From Candidatus Babeliales bacterium (GTDB lineage: Bacteria > Babelota > Babeliae > Babelales > JBFXEV01), in contig JBFXEV010000001.1 of the NCBI GenBank assembly GCA_050179755.1, positions 1,129,994 through 1,193,993 on the forward strand: a DNA stretch of 64,000 nucleotides, written 5' to 3'. The position numbers and the translations under genes were made by a program. Below are positions 9,549-19,989 of this stretch, in pieces. Under the pieces are notes generated by a model that saw only the letters and a list, made by a program, of their open reading frames with translations, was not told the origin of the DNA and did not search any database. Position 1 is the stretch's first letter. Every line of letters starts with the position of its first letter.

Positions 9549-10133
9549 CTATTTTTCGGTCTGGTTTGGGCTTTCAAGTGGTTCATCTAGCATTGTATCA
9601 GGGAGATTGCCTAGCCATATTTGTATTTTAGATGAATCCAAAACAGGCATTGTTTGCTCATTAGATGTCAGGGATTCCGAAGTTACTTCAGATAGAGAAT
9701 TATCAGTATGTTGATGCAGCGCTAACAGTGCCGCTATGTTTGTGCCTAGAGTTTCAAGTAGTTTTTGTTGAGTTTGCAATTGTGCTTGTTGTGCTTCATT
9801 TGCTTTTAGAACCCTTGCTAGGAGTTTTTGTGTTGCCATTTGCTCGTTAATGATCCGGGAATTTTGCCTTTCTACTTTAAGAACAATACTGATGAGTTTT
9901 CTAACTTCAGGAGTTTTTCCATCCAGTTTTGACAGAGCAGTAGTATCGTCATCGATAGCAGGTGTAGATTCATCATGCGCTGCAGCTACAACTGGTTTGG
10001 AAGATGGTTTACGAGGAGAGCGTTTACTTTTTGTTGTTTTCCATTTATTTGAATCAGATGCTTGATCCATGGCAAAAAGAGATGTTATTGGTAATAAAAG
10101 AGTTGTTGCTAAAAGTAATTTGCATAGTTTCAT
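9549..10133 (-). CDS. Hypothetical secreted protein with coiled-coil region
   Basis: AAGGA RBS, signal peptide ...SLFA/MDQ, Gln/Leu-rich heptads. Confidence 0.7.
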   Translation of the reverse strand: MKLCKLLLATTLLLPITSLFAMDQASDSNKWKTTKSKRSPRKPSSKPVVAAAHDESTPAIDDDTTALSKLDGKTPEVRKLISIVLKVERQNSRIINEQMATQKLLARVLKANEAQQAQLQTQQKLLETLGTNIAALLALHQHTDNSLSEVTSESLTSNEQTMPVLDSSKIQIWLGNLPDTMLDEPLESPNQTEK

Positions 10134-10271
10134 TGAAATTCCTTTTTAAGTAATTGTTAATGCTTCTTAAGTTAGTTTAGAGAAGTTTTTGAAAATGTGT
10201 AAAGGGGTTAAGTGAGTCGTAGAATAAATAAATTATGTAGGAGTTCCACTGATTATTTACAAGCATTATTA

Positions 10272-10425
10272 CTGGTGCCACTACGCGTGGCAGCGCATGC
10301 CTTTTTTTATGCAAAAAAAGGACGCAAAAAAGCACCAGCGTTCCGCTGGACCATTCCGCTTGATCGCTGAGCGCTATACCTCACGTCGTTTCACGACGAG
10401 GTATGCACACAGCGCGCATAGGAAC
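10272..10425. other. Multi-hairpin structured intergenic element (ncRNA or MITE/REP-like)
   Basis: Consecutive stems TGCCAC/GTGGCA, CCTTTTTTT/AAAAAAAGG, CCAGCG/CGCTGG, ATACCT..CGTCGT/ACGACG..AGGTAT. Confidence 0.55.
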
Positions 10426-11026
10426 TATTTTATTAAGTTTTGCCTGAGAAAAAATTTACTAGGTGGTACATCTGCATGGCTTTCGGTTAACAAATATGGG
10501 TAGTTGTAAAAAAAGAGTGCTAGGATATCCCGGCTGGGGAAAAATCTATGAATATGATATGCAGCTTGATTCTAAGTTTATATATTGTTTTTAATCGAAA
10601 TTGTAAGGAGGGTAGTTTATAAGCCGGCCCAGCCGGCCGTGGAGGCGGAGAAATTAGTGTAAAAAAGTCCATTAAAAATCCTAATGTAAAAGTACTTTAG
10701 GTAGCCTATTTTACTCGTTACAGGGTGCTTGCAGGCTGTATACGTGAAAAGTTAGGCGTTACCGGCTGGTCAAGCTTTAGCTTGGCTCTTTTTAGTTGAG
10801 ATCTTTTGGAGAAGCAAAAGGCCTCATGCCCGCCGCATAGGCGTTAGTGGGAATATAGGTAAATAAAAAATCAAACTTCTACACTAATATTGCCACAGAT
10901 CTTTGCAGAAAAGCAATTTTATGCTATCATTAAATGAATTAATTAAGTTATACAACATCATACATATTTTCTATTAGAAATCTTCAAGATAGTACAGAAG
11001 CTTAGTAAACTCAGGGGGTCTTTTTT

Positions 11027-13594
11027 GTGGAACAAGTAAAAAAAAATAAACCTGTAATTCAGGTTGTAGGTGCTCGTGAGCACAACTTAAAAAATATTAA
11101 CGTTACCATTCCAAAAGATAGCTTGACGGTAATCACTGGCCCCTCAGGTTCTGGTAAAAGTTCTCTTGCCCTTGATATTCTTTATACCGAAGGCAAGCGC
11201 CGGTACATGGAATCTTTGTCCTCCTATGCTCGCCAGTTTTTGGGTGTTGCCAAAAAGCCAAAAGTTGACCGTATTGATGGTTTATGCCCTGCCATTGCCA
11301 TTGAACAAAAAACTGTTGGGCACAACCCCCGGTCAACCGTTGGTACTATCACCGAAATTTATGATTATTTACGTGTATTATTTGCGCGCGTGGGGGAACT
11401 TTATTGCCCAAACTGCCATATAGAAATTACTGAAGACTCTCCTGAGCATATTACAAGCCGCATTTTAGAACAGTTCAGTGGTAATACTATTACCCTCGCG
11501 GCGCCAATAGCGGTAGAAAAAAAGGGTGAATTTACCAAAGAATTACTTGAATATTTTGGCAAAGGGTATTATCGCTTTATTATTGATGGTCAAACATATC
11601 GTTTTCAAAATACTATTGAAATTCAAGCACTTAATCTTAAAAAGACATATAAACATACCATTGATTTACTAGTTGATGCACTAGAGGTTGAAAAGACCGA
11701 GCGATCGCGCGTACAAGAAAGCGTAGAAAAATCATTTAGTTTGGCGCAGGGCATGTGCAAAGTGATTGCAGGGCTACAAGAATTCCGTTATTCGTCAGAC
11801 CGTAGCTGTGTACATTGTAGTGCTTCGTTTCCAGAACTTGAACCAAGATTCTTTTCATTTAACTCGCCTATTGGTGCGTGTGCCGATTGTAATGGACTCG
11901 GCTTTATACATGAATGGCCATGGGATGCAAACGATCCGCAAGCATGGAAAGCAGAGTATCCTACTTTCTTTGGTTCGTATGCAACAACAAAAACATGTAA
12001 AACCTGTCTTGGAAAGCGACTTAATAAACATGCATTAGCAGTGATTGTTGGTGATAAAAACATTGTTGATATCTGTGATTTATCTATTAAAGATGCGGTG
12101 CAGTTTTTTAGTAAATTAAAGTTATCTGCAACAAAAGCAGAAATTGCCGCAGCGCTTTTAAAAGAAATTAAAAATCGCCTACAATTTTTATTTGATGTTG
12201 GTCTTGGCTATTTATCGCTAAATCGATCTGCCAGAACGCTTTCTGGTGGGGAAGGTCAGCGTATTCGTTTGGCTACCCAGATTGGTTCTGCCTTATCAGG
12301 AGTGCTGTATATTCTTGATGAACCAAGTATTGGCTTGCATCAACGTGATAATGATAAACTAATAGAAACGCTCAAAACGTTACGTGATCTAGGCAATACT
12401 GTTGTAGTGGTAGAACATGATACTGATACCATGAAGCAAGCTGATTATCTTATTGATATGGGGCCAGAAGCGGGTGTGCGTGGTGGTATGATTACTGCTG
12501 TTGGTACGCCACAAGAAGTTGCAAACAACAGATTGTCTGGCACAGGTGCTTTTTTATCTGGCCGTAGAAGAATTGCTGTCCCTTCAAAACGCCGTATGCG
12601 TAAAGGTACTATGACGCTCAAGCATGCACGCGCCAATAATTTACAAGATTTAACTGTAGAGTTTCCGTTGGGTGTGCTTATGGGTATTTCTGGCGTTTCC
12701 GGTTCTGGTAAAAGTACTCTTATTATGCAAGAATTAGTGCCAGCATTACAACGAGAACTTGAACGCAAGCCAGACACACAAGCACCACAGGATGCTGATT
12801 TAATAGGAGCAGAGTCATTAGAAGCTATGGTAGTGATTGATCAAACGCCAATTGGTAAAACACCGCGTTCTAATCCAGCAACGTATTTGGGCGTATTCGA
12901 TCATATTCGTGCGCTTTTTGCAGCATTGCCTGAAAGTAAGGCGCGTGGGTATACCGTAGGTCGTTTTAGTTTTAACGTTAAAGAAGGGCGTTGCTTTGAA
13001 TGTAATGGTGATGGCACTATTACTGTTTCTATGCAGTTTTTGGCTGACGTGGTAATGAAATGTAAAGTGTGTAAGGGCTCTCGCTATAACCGAGAAACAC
13101 TTCAAATTCAGTATAAAGGCAAAAATATAGCAGAAATTCTTGATATGACTGCTTTTGAGGCAGTAAGCTTCTTTGCGCATCACAAGCAACTTGCAAAGCG
13201 CTTAGAATTAATGTGTGATGTGGGTCTTGATTATCTTAAATTAGGCCAACCTTCTACCACGCTCTCTGGAGGAGAAGCGCAGCGTATTAAGTTGGTTGAT
13301 GAGCTTGCAAAACGTGGTTCAAATACTATGTATATTTTAGACGAACCTACTACGGGCCTTCATAGCAGTGATATTGATAAATTGCTCCAAGTGTTAAACC
13401 GTTTGGTTGATAAAGGTAATTCAATGCTTGTCATTGAGCATAACCTTGATGTATTAAAAACGGTTGATTACTTGATTGATTTGGGGCCAGAAGGCGGGGA
13501 CGGTGGCGGGCGCGTTATTGCGTATGGCACGCCTGAGCATGTGGCAAAAAATATAGTAAGTCATACGGGAAAATATCTCAAGACTGTTTTATAA
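11027..13594 (+). CDS. uvrA: Excinuclease ABC subunit A (short form)
   Basis: GAREHNLKN, two Walker A (GPSGSGKSS, GVSGSGKST), LSGGE, LDEP, Cys zinc modules; GTG start. Confidence 0.96.
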   Translation: MEQVKKNKPVIQVVGAREHNLKNINVTIPKDSLTVITGPSGSGKSSLALDILYTEGKRRYMESLSSYARQFLGVAKKPKVDRIDGLCPAIAIEQKTVGHNPRSTVGTITEIYDYLRVLFARVGELYCPNCHIEITEDSPEHITSRILEQFSGNTITLAAPIAVEKKGEFTKELLEYFGKGYYRFIIDGQTYRFQNTIEIQALNLKKTYKHTIDLLVDALEVEKTERSRVQESVEKSFSLAQGMCKVIAGLQEFRYSSDRSCVHCSASFPELEPRFFSFNSPIGACADCNGLGFIHEWPWDANDPQAWKAEYPTFFGSYATTKTCKTCLGKRLNKHALAVIVGDKNIVDICDLSIKDAVQFFSKLKLSATKAEIAAALLKEIKNRLQFLFDVGLGYLSLNRSARTLSGGEGQRIRLATQIGSALSGVLYILDEPSIGLHQRDNDKLIETLKTLRDLGNTVVVVEHDTDTMKQADYLIDMGPEAGVRGGMITAVGTPQEVANNRLSGTGAFLSGRRRIAVPSKRRMRKGTMTLKHARANNLQDLTVEFPLGVLMGISGVSGSGKSTLIMQELVPALQRELERKPDTQAPQDADLIGAESLEAMVVIDQTPIGKTPRSNPATYLGVFDHIRALFAALPESKARGYTVGRFSFNVKEGRCFECNGDGTITVSMQFLADVVMKCKVCKGSRYNRETLQIQYKGKNIAEILDMTAFEAVSFFAHHKQLAKRLELMCDVGLDYLKLGQPSTTLSGGEAQRIKLVDELAKRGSNTMYILDEPTTGLHSSDIDKLLQVLNRLVDKGNSMLVIEHNLDVLKTVDYLIDLGPEGGDGGGRVIAYGTPEHVAKNIVSHTGKYLKTVL

Positions 13595-13690
13595 GAATAA
13601 AATGCTCGTTTGCTCGTCAAAATAGTCAAATTGCAGTAAGCTGAAAACTATATTCAATTGAAGATATTAAATTCTATTAAGAGGTTTTTC

Positions 13691-14728
13691 ATGAAAAAAT
13701 GTGTACTCAGTCTCGTGCTTATTCTCTGGCATATACCTGCGGTTGCTCATTTTACGCAAAGTGCACCGCTTGCTCGTATTGAACGTTCACAGGTTGTTGC
13801 ATTAGAAAGTAAGATAGCACTTGATTTGGCGCAGGATACTTTTAAAAAGCGAGCAGTGTTAACTGTTGCGTTAATTGCTGGGGGTTATCTTACCTATAAG
13901 TACCTTAATTCACCAACAGCCAAAATTCCTGCAGCACCTGCTTCCAGTGAGCAAATTTTAGCGAATAATAAATTCTTACAAGAAAATAATGAATTATTGC
14001 GTAAGCATGTGCCGGGAGGAGAGCAAGAGGGTTCTTGGTGGCTGGATACTACTTTAGGTAAAGTTGGGTCTTGGTTCTGGGAGTTTGGCAAATGGTCAAC
14101 TCAGCAGGCAATAATTGGTTATATGGCCAACGTAATGCTGCTAGGTTCATCAAGCGCACTTGGCAAAGCAGTTAAAACTATTGATAATGCTGTTGATTCT
14201 ATTTCATTTAATTTCTTTCATGAGCGAGACCTTAAATGGTTTTTAATTAGTCGTGCGCGTGTTACTAACTTGTTTAATGAGCTTGAGAGCCATGCATTTA
14301 GCATTGAAACAGGTACGGTGAGCAGCATGCTTGACGTGCAAGAGCAAGAGCATCTGACTGAAAAGCCAGCCAATCAAAACTCAATCTTACCAAGCGCACC
14401 GCTTGATGCAATGTCGTATGTATATCATAAGCAAACATTTGAACAAACATGGCAGCAATTATCAGAACGGTTGGCGGCTCTTGTGGCGTTTATTGAATAT
14501 AAAGCGCATCGTACAGAACGCGCAAGTGTTCGAGAGCGTTTACTGCTTGGTGCACAGCACATTCTTCAATTAACAAATGCTACCGCCCATCAATGTGAGC
14601 AATTGTTAACTTATGCTTGTTTGGATACGTTGCCAACTAATCTTCTTTTAGAAATACGCAGATTGCGTTCTTCTGTTTCAGAAGAACTTATGCTGGCAAA
14701 TAAACTTGAGCATGAAGTAAGTTGGTAA
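13691..14728 (+). CDS. Hypothetical secreted/membrane protein
   Basis: GAGG RBS before ATG 13691, signal peptide and TM segments. Confidence 0.7.
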   Translation: MKKCVLSLVLILWHIPAVAHFTQSAPLARIERSQVVALESKIALDLAQDTFKKRAVLTVALIAGGYLTYKYLNSPTAKIPAAPASSEQILANNKFLQENNELLRKHVPGGEQEGSWWLDTTLGKVGSWFWEFGKWSTQQAIIGYMANVMLLGSSSALGKAVKTIDNAVDSISFNFFHERDLKWFLISRARVTNLFNELESHAFSIETGTVSSMLDVQEQEHLTEKPANQNSILPSAPLDAMSYVYHKQTFEQTWQQLSERLAALVAFIEYKAHRTERASVRERLLLGAQHILQLTNATAHQCEQLLTYACLDTLPTNLLLEIRRLRSSVSEELMLANKLEHEVSW

Positions 14729-14734
14729 ACTAAC

Positions 14735-16411
14735 TTACCCTTTCTTTTTTTGTACAACCTCATTGAGCACGTCCTTTATGAGCGTTGTATGTTGTTTTAC
14801 GGTAAATTCAGCAAGGCCAGAAAGTTCTTTAAATTGTTCTTGTGAATAATTAAAGTTCATGGTGTTGCAATATGAATGCTGTGTGCAATAATCAGGATCA
14901 AACTGCGAATATGCCGGATTTGTAATACGTGGAAAGTAAATGACTACGGGTACTTTTGGATCTTTATCTTTAAACACGCTTACAATGTTTTTATCTGCAA
15001 GTGCATAATCAATTCTAGGAAATTTTAAGCCTTTGCGTTTTGCATAGAGCTCAGCGTTCTTAAGCTCAGTTGAGCCTTGTATGGTGCCAGATGCGTCGTA
15101 TACGATAATAACATCTACTTTGCGTTCTGCACGTAATAACGGGGGGAATGGTATATTAAAATCGATTCCTGCATCAACTAAACAAATGTTTTTATCATTA
15201 CACAGCGGGCTCCACTGCACATTATGCGTAAAATTTCGTAACATAGAGGGGAATAAACGCAGATTGTTAAGTGGTGAAGCTCCAATAAAGTTAATCATTT
15301 TATGAGCAGGTTCTTGTAATAAGGGGGGTAGCTTGAGCTTAAGCCCTTGTAATTTATCGCCTGCATGCACTAAAATGTCTTGAAAGCACACATTAAAAGC
15401 AGACCCAAATATCCCCAAAAAATAACCTAAGCTTTGTTCGGGCGCGCTATCAAGTGACGCGCCATGTTGAAACTTTCTTCCGTATGCCCACGTGGGAATA
15501 TAGGAAAGCAAATGGTCGCTGCCAATTTCAAAAGGCGTGCATTCCATCCATTCATAGGGCGTTTTGTTTGTTTGGATTGAGGTATAAATTGGCATAGGTA
15601 AAAAACCCATGAGTACGTCTTGATGTGATTCTGAGATGGTCAAGTTCATGCGGCCATCACCAAAATCAGAAAGTAATGTATTTGCTAGTACAGCTCCATA
15701 GAGATCAATGCTTGAAAGTGGCTGCTTATGGAGTGTTTTAACAAGTAATTTTTGCATTAAAAGTTCTATTTCTTGTGGACTATTAAGATGATTTAATCCC
15801 TGTTCAATTTTTTTTGAAAGTTCATTCATATACACATCAAGCGGTTCGTTAGTTGCAATCCAGGGAGCAATAGCCCATGTGGATCCAGACAGTCCACACA
15901 TATACATTGAACTTTCAAAAAGGCCAGTGTCATGCGCTCCTTTTAGAAAACCAAGTGTTAAGTTCATTGCTCTAAAGCCACCACCACTAAAACACAGAGC
16001 AATGCGTGGCATGGAGTTCTCATCTAGCTTTGTTTCTAAGAATTTTTCTAGCGCTTCACGTGCATGAGGCAATCGATTATTAATGAAAGCACGTTCTGCT
16101 GCGCATAATTCGTTGTTCGGTGCGTAACGTACAAAAGCAGGTTTATTATTGAAAATATGATCCGGGAGTAAGTAATCTGCAAAAAGATCAGCCACATTCC
16201 ATAACCCTTCATGGATATCACGAAATCCTTCTTTAGTTACTTCATAGAGATAATTTATTACAGAGGGATAACGCGTACTTACGCCTGCACGCATAAGTTC
16301 TTGGTAATATTCTATTTCTTGTTCAGTCAGGTGTTGAGCAATGCGGTGATCTTGTATGGTGGCAGAAATAAGTTGAGTAGTAAAAAATAAGAGCACTAAT
16401 AGTTTTTTCAT
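14735..16411 (-). CDS. cPLA2/lysophospholipase catalytic-domain protein with signal peptide
   Basis: IALCFSGGGFRAM, CGLSGSTW, PMPIYT, ECTPFEIG, LVDAGIDFNIP; GGAG RBS before MKKLLVLL. Confidence 0.88.
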   Translation of the reverse strand: MKKLLVLLFFTTQLISATIQDHRIAQHLTEQEIEYYQELMRAGVSTRYPSVINYLYEVTKEGFRDIHEGLWNVADLFADYLLPDHIFNNKPAFVRYAPNNELCAAERAFINNRLPHAREALEKFLETKLDENSMPRIALCFSGGGFRAMNLTLGFLKGAHDTGLFESSMYMCGLSGSTWAIAPWIATNEPLDVYMNELSKKIEQGLNHLNSPQEIELLMQKLLVKTLHKQPLSSIDLYGAVLANTLLSDFGDGRMNLTISESHQDVLMGFLPMPIYTSIQTNKTPYEWMECTPFEIGSDHLLSYIPTWAYGRKFQHGASLDSAPEQSLGYFLGIFGSAFNVCFQDILVHAGDKLQGLKLKLPPLLQEPAHKMINFIGASPLNNLRLFPSMLRNFTHNVQWSPLCNDKNICLVDAGIDFNIPFPPLLRAERKVDVIIVYDASGTIQGSTELKNAELYAKRKGLKFPRIDYALADKNIVSVFKDKDPKVPVVIYFPRITNPAYSQFDPDYCTQHSYCNTMNFNYSQEQFKELSGLAEFTVKQHTTLIKDVLNEVVQKKKG

Positions 16412-16547
16412 GTATACTCCAGTTTCTAAGATTATAACTGATGCAAGTGTAAAATGTACACACGTTAATATGCAAGAGTTAATTGTGCAAACTGCGGATT
16501 CTTGGTACATTATAAGCGTTTTAAATAGATAATTAATAAGGGTGTTT

Positions 16548-17357
16548 ATGTGTAGAAAGCATTATTTTTTTTGGGTTCAACTTTTTATTGCGTTATTATG
16601 TGCCTATCAATCATTTGGTATGGACGCTTCTTTAAGACAGCAATTAATCACTGCGATTGAAAAGGATGCTGTTCAAGAAATTGCCAGCCTAGTAGATGAA
16701 AAAAAGGTAGATGTAAATGCTATAATTGACGATGATTTTGGAGTAACCTTGTTATTGCATGCTGCAAGCCTTGGCGCTGTGAAAGTTGGTGAATTACTTT
16801 TGGAACGTGGAGCTTCTAAAGATACAATGACCAAATGTAAACAATCGTGCATGAGTATCGCCTGTCAAGGTAATAAATTAGATTTTATTAAGATGCTGAG
16901 AGCGCGCGGGGTTAGTTTAGATGCAACGGAAAAGGACAAAAGAAGTCCCTTGGAATTTGCGATTGTTGCTGATGCTGTTGAAACAGTTGATTTTTTATTA
17001 GAGCATAATGTTTCTAGAGCTCCTCTTGAGATTGTTGTACCTCGCCAAGGTGACGTAAGAATGCCATCGGGCCGTGTTGAGCTATTAATTGAAGAATACA
17101 AGCCACGATTTTCCTTATTGCATTTTGCGGTGTTTGTTAATGCATTGCGAGTGTGTAACTTATTATGTACTAAATATAGGTTTGATCCTAATGAAAAAAT
17201 ACCTTTTAGAAAACTTACTAACGAGGTTGTGCAATTAACCCCTAATGATATTGCAGTGATGAGTTCAAATTGGCCTATAGCGCAGATTTTAAAAGATAAT
17301 GGTGCCAACGCAAAAAGCCACCATGCTTTGATGTTGTTATATTTTTCAAAAGAGTAA
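16548..17357 (+). CDS. Ankyrin repeat protein with signal peptide
   Basis: GVTLLLHAASLG, SPLEFAI, SLLHFAV, ILKDNGAN. Confidence 0.82.
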   Translation: MCRKHYFFWVQLFIALLCAYQSFGMDASLRQQLITAIEKDAVQEIASLVDEKKVDVNAIIDDDFGVTLLLHAASLGAVKVGELLLERGASKDTMTKCKQSCMSIACQGNKLDFIKMLRARGVSLDATEKDKRSPLEFAIVADAVETVDFLLEHNVSRAPLEIVVPRQGDVRMPSGRVELLIEEYKPRFSLLHFAVFVNALRVCNLLCTKYRFDPNEKIPFRKLTNEVVQLTPNDIAVMSSNWPIAQILKDNGANAKSHHALMLLYFSKE

Positions 17358-17361
17358 ACCT

Positions 17362-19980
17362 ATGGCACAAGAAAAAATGACTCCTTTAATGCAGCAATAT
17401 TTTGCTATTAAAGCACAGTATGCTGATGCATTATTACTATTTCAAGTTGGTGATTTTTATGAGTTATTTTTTGATGATGCCAAAAAAGCAGCAGAGTGTT
17501 TGCGCATAACGCTTACCTCGCGTGGTATGCATATGGCAGAATCAATTCCGCTTTGTGGTGTTCCGATAAGCGCGGTACAACACTATGTGGGTAAATTGGT
17601 GCGTGCGGGTTTTAAAGTTGCCATGTGTGATCAATTAGAACCTGCAACGCCAGGCGTGGTGGTCAAGCGTGGCGTGGTACGCGTGCTCACACCAGGAACG
17701 CTTACTGATGATGAACTCCTTGATGCAAAAACTGCTTCATATTTATGTTCTTTTTTTCCTGCGCAAAATGAATGTGGGCTCATTTTTGGCGAATTATTAA
17801 CAGCACAACTATATGCCACTGTAATTCCAGTTGAACGTGCCTTGATTCTTGATGCTGAATTATCGCGGTTTTTCCCTGATGAAATTATAGTTCCACAAGT
17901 TCCCGAAGCAAAAGAATTTATTTCTTACTTAACTAAGCAAGGTTACTATACGAGCGTGGTACCTTTTGGGCAAGCCGAGTGGCAACCAGTTACCGATTGG
18001 GTTACCGAGCAATTCCCAGAACACGTTGTGCAGGCATTTGGGCAACAACAAGTGTTTGCAAATGCAATGCGTACGTTTCACACTTATCTTGCAAAATATC
18101 AGGCTGCATCACTTGGCCAATTTAAAAAATGCCATATATATGCCCCTGAAGATTTTTTGCTCATGGACGTTTCTACGCAGCGCCATTTAGAACTCGTTAA
18201 GAACATGCAAGATGGTAGTGCCAATAACACGTTATGCCAATTGATGGATCAATCTGCTACAGGTGCGGGCTCTCGCCTTATTAAAAAATGGATTGTGCGT
18301 CCTTTGGTTAAAAAATCTGCTATAGAAAAACGGCAAGAAGTTGTGGAACAATTTGTGCGTTCGCACAGTCTTTCTACGCAAGTACTCCAACTGCTTAAGC
18401 ATATTGGAGATCTAGAACGAGTTGTTGGGCGCATTGCTATTCAACGCGGCGGGGTGCGGGATTATGTACAACTCAAACGATCACTAGTTTTTTTGCCAGA
18501 GCTAAAACAGTTGTTAATGAGCACAGGAACCCCTTTATTACACACACTTGTTGACATGTTAAGCGATTTTAGTCAGTTATGTGCTTTTCTTACACAGGCG
18601 CTTTATGATAGCGACGAGCGTGATTGGATTATTAATCAAGGATTTGATGCAGAGCTTGACCGTGTGCGCGGTTTGGTGCACAACAGTAATCAACTTATTT
18701 GTGAGCTTGAGCAAGCTGAGCAACAAGCGACTGGTATTAGTTCACTCAAGATCCGTTATAATGGGCTATCTGGTTATTTTATAGAGATTACTAAAACACA
18801 TAGCAACGCTGTGCCCAATCACTATAAAAAATATCAGTCCTTGGTTGGTAAAGAGCGCTATATAACGGCAGAATTAAAAGAATTAGAACAAAATATTACC
18901 TCTGCTCAAGCGCAAAGTGAGTTGCTTGAGCAGAAAATTTTTGCAGCGCTTAAAGTTACGGTGCATGAGCATGTGCATAATTTGCGCCATGCAGCGCACG
19001 CACTTGCGCATATTGATGCTCTTTTAGGGTTTGCGCACGTTGCCTACACAAACGGTTATGTAAAACCCGTTATTTCAGAATCACGCGATATAGTGATAAC
19101 ACAGGGCAGGCATCCGGTAGTGGAGCAGCAATTAGGCCATCGTTTTATACCTAACGATGCAATGCTGACTGATGCACAATCCACTTGGATTATCACGGGC
19201 CCCAATATGGGTGGTAAATCTACATTCTTGCGCCAAGTAGCACTCATGACTATCATGGGGCAATGTGGCTCCTTTGTTCCCGCAAAAAGGGCACAGCTTG
19301 CTCTATGCGATAAAATTTTTACGCGTATTGGTGCAAGTGATAATGTGGCACAAGGCAAAAGTACATTCCTTGTTGAAATGGAAGAAACGGCGCATATTTG
19401 CTCCCATGCAACAGCTCAGAGCTTGGTTATTTTAGATGAAGTAGGGCGTGGCACGAGCACGTTTGATGGTATGGCTATTGCGCAAGCGGTGGTGGAATAT
19501 GTACATAATACTCTTAAAGCACGTTGTTTATTTGCAACGCATTATCATGAATTGACGGCACTTGAAGGCGCATTTGCTGGTGTGGTAAATTATTACGCAG
19601 CATCACGCAAAACAGCAAACGGCATGTTGTTACTCTATACTATTTTAAAAGGTGTTGCTGATGGTAGCTTTGGCATAGAAGTGGCAAAAGCAGTTCAATT
19701 ACCAACGCCATTAGTGCAACGAGCGCAAGCAATTTTAGATGATCTTACACGAGCAGAGTATGCGCACCACGTGATATCTGGTCAAAATGTTTTACCTATT
19801 GCTGGTATACAGCAACAGGAGCAATTGCGCAGACACTTGCAAGATGTTGAAGAGCAATTGAGCTATTATAAACAGCGTATTACTGCTCTTGAGAATCTGG
19901 ATGTAAATAATCTCTCGCCAAAGCAAGCGTTTGATGTGCTCTGGGACTTTAAAAGTAAATCAACAAGTTCTCAACTTTAA
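17362..19980 (+). CDS. mutS: DNA mismatch repair protein MutS
   Basis: TPLMQQY, GDFYELF, TGPNMGGKSTFLRQ, STFLVEM, DEVGRGT, FATHYHEL. Confidence 0.97.
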   Translation: MAQEKMTPLMQQYFAIKAQYADALLLFQVGDFYELFFDDAKKAAECLRITLTSRGMHMAESIPLCGVPISAVQHYVGKLVRAGFKVAMCDQLEPATPGVVVKRGVVRVLTPGTLTDDELLDAKTASYLCSFFPAQNECGLIFGELLTAQLYATVIPVERALILDAELSRFFPDEIIVPQVPEAKEFISYLTKQGYYTSVVPFGQAEWQPVTDWVTEQFPEHVVQAFGQQQVFANAMRTFHTYLAKYQAASLGQFKKCHIYAPEDFLLMDVSTQRHLELVKNMQDGSANNTLCQLMDQSATGAGSRLIKKWIVRPLVKKSAIEKRQEVVEQFVRSHSLSTQVLQLLKHIGDLERVVGRIAIQRGGVRDYVQLKRSLVFLPELKQLLMSTGTPLLHTLVDMLSDFSQLCAFLTQALYDSDERDWIINQGFDAELDRVRGLVHNSNQLICELEQAEQQATGISSLKIRYNGLSGYFIEITKTHSNAVPNHYKKYQSLVGKERYITAELKELEQNITSAQAQSELLEQKIFAALKVTVHEHVHNLRHAAHALAHIDALLGFAHVAYTNGYVKPVISESRDIVITQGRHPVVEQQLGHRFIPNDAMLTDAQSTWIITGPNMGGKSTFLRQVALMTIMGQCGSFVPAKRAQLALCDKIFTRIGASDNVAQGKSTFLVEMEETAHICSHATAQSLVILDEVGRGTSTFDGMAIAQAVVEYVHNTLKARCLFATHYHELTALEGAFAGVVNYYAASRKTANGMLLLYTILKGVADGSFGIEVAKAVQLPTPLVQRAQAILDDLTRAEYAHHVISGQNVLPIAGIQQQEQLRRHLQDVEEQLSYYKQRITALENLDVNNLSPKQAFDVLWDFKSKSTSSQL

Positions 19981-19989
19981 CAAATTTGT

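Noticed and set aside
10297..10503. 68-aa ORF
   Set aside because: Overlaps the multi-hairpin element, has no RBS and no protein-like features.
10615..10860. Possible RNase P RNA (AAAGTCC, ATAAGCCGG and CAGGGTGC fragments)
   Set aside because: No GAGGAAAGTCC and no correctly placed 3' AACCCGGCTTA partner; the fragments are in inconsistent order and orientation.
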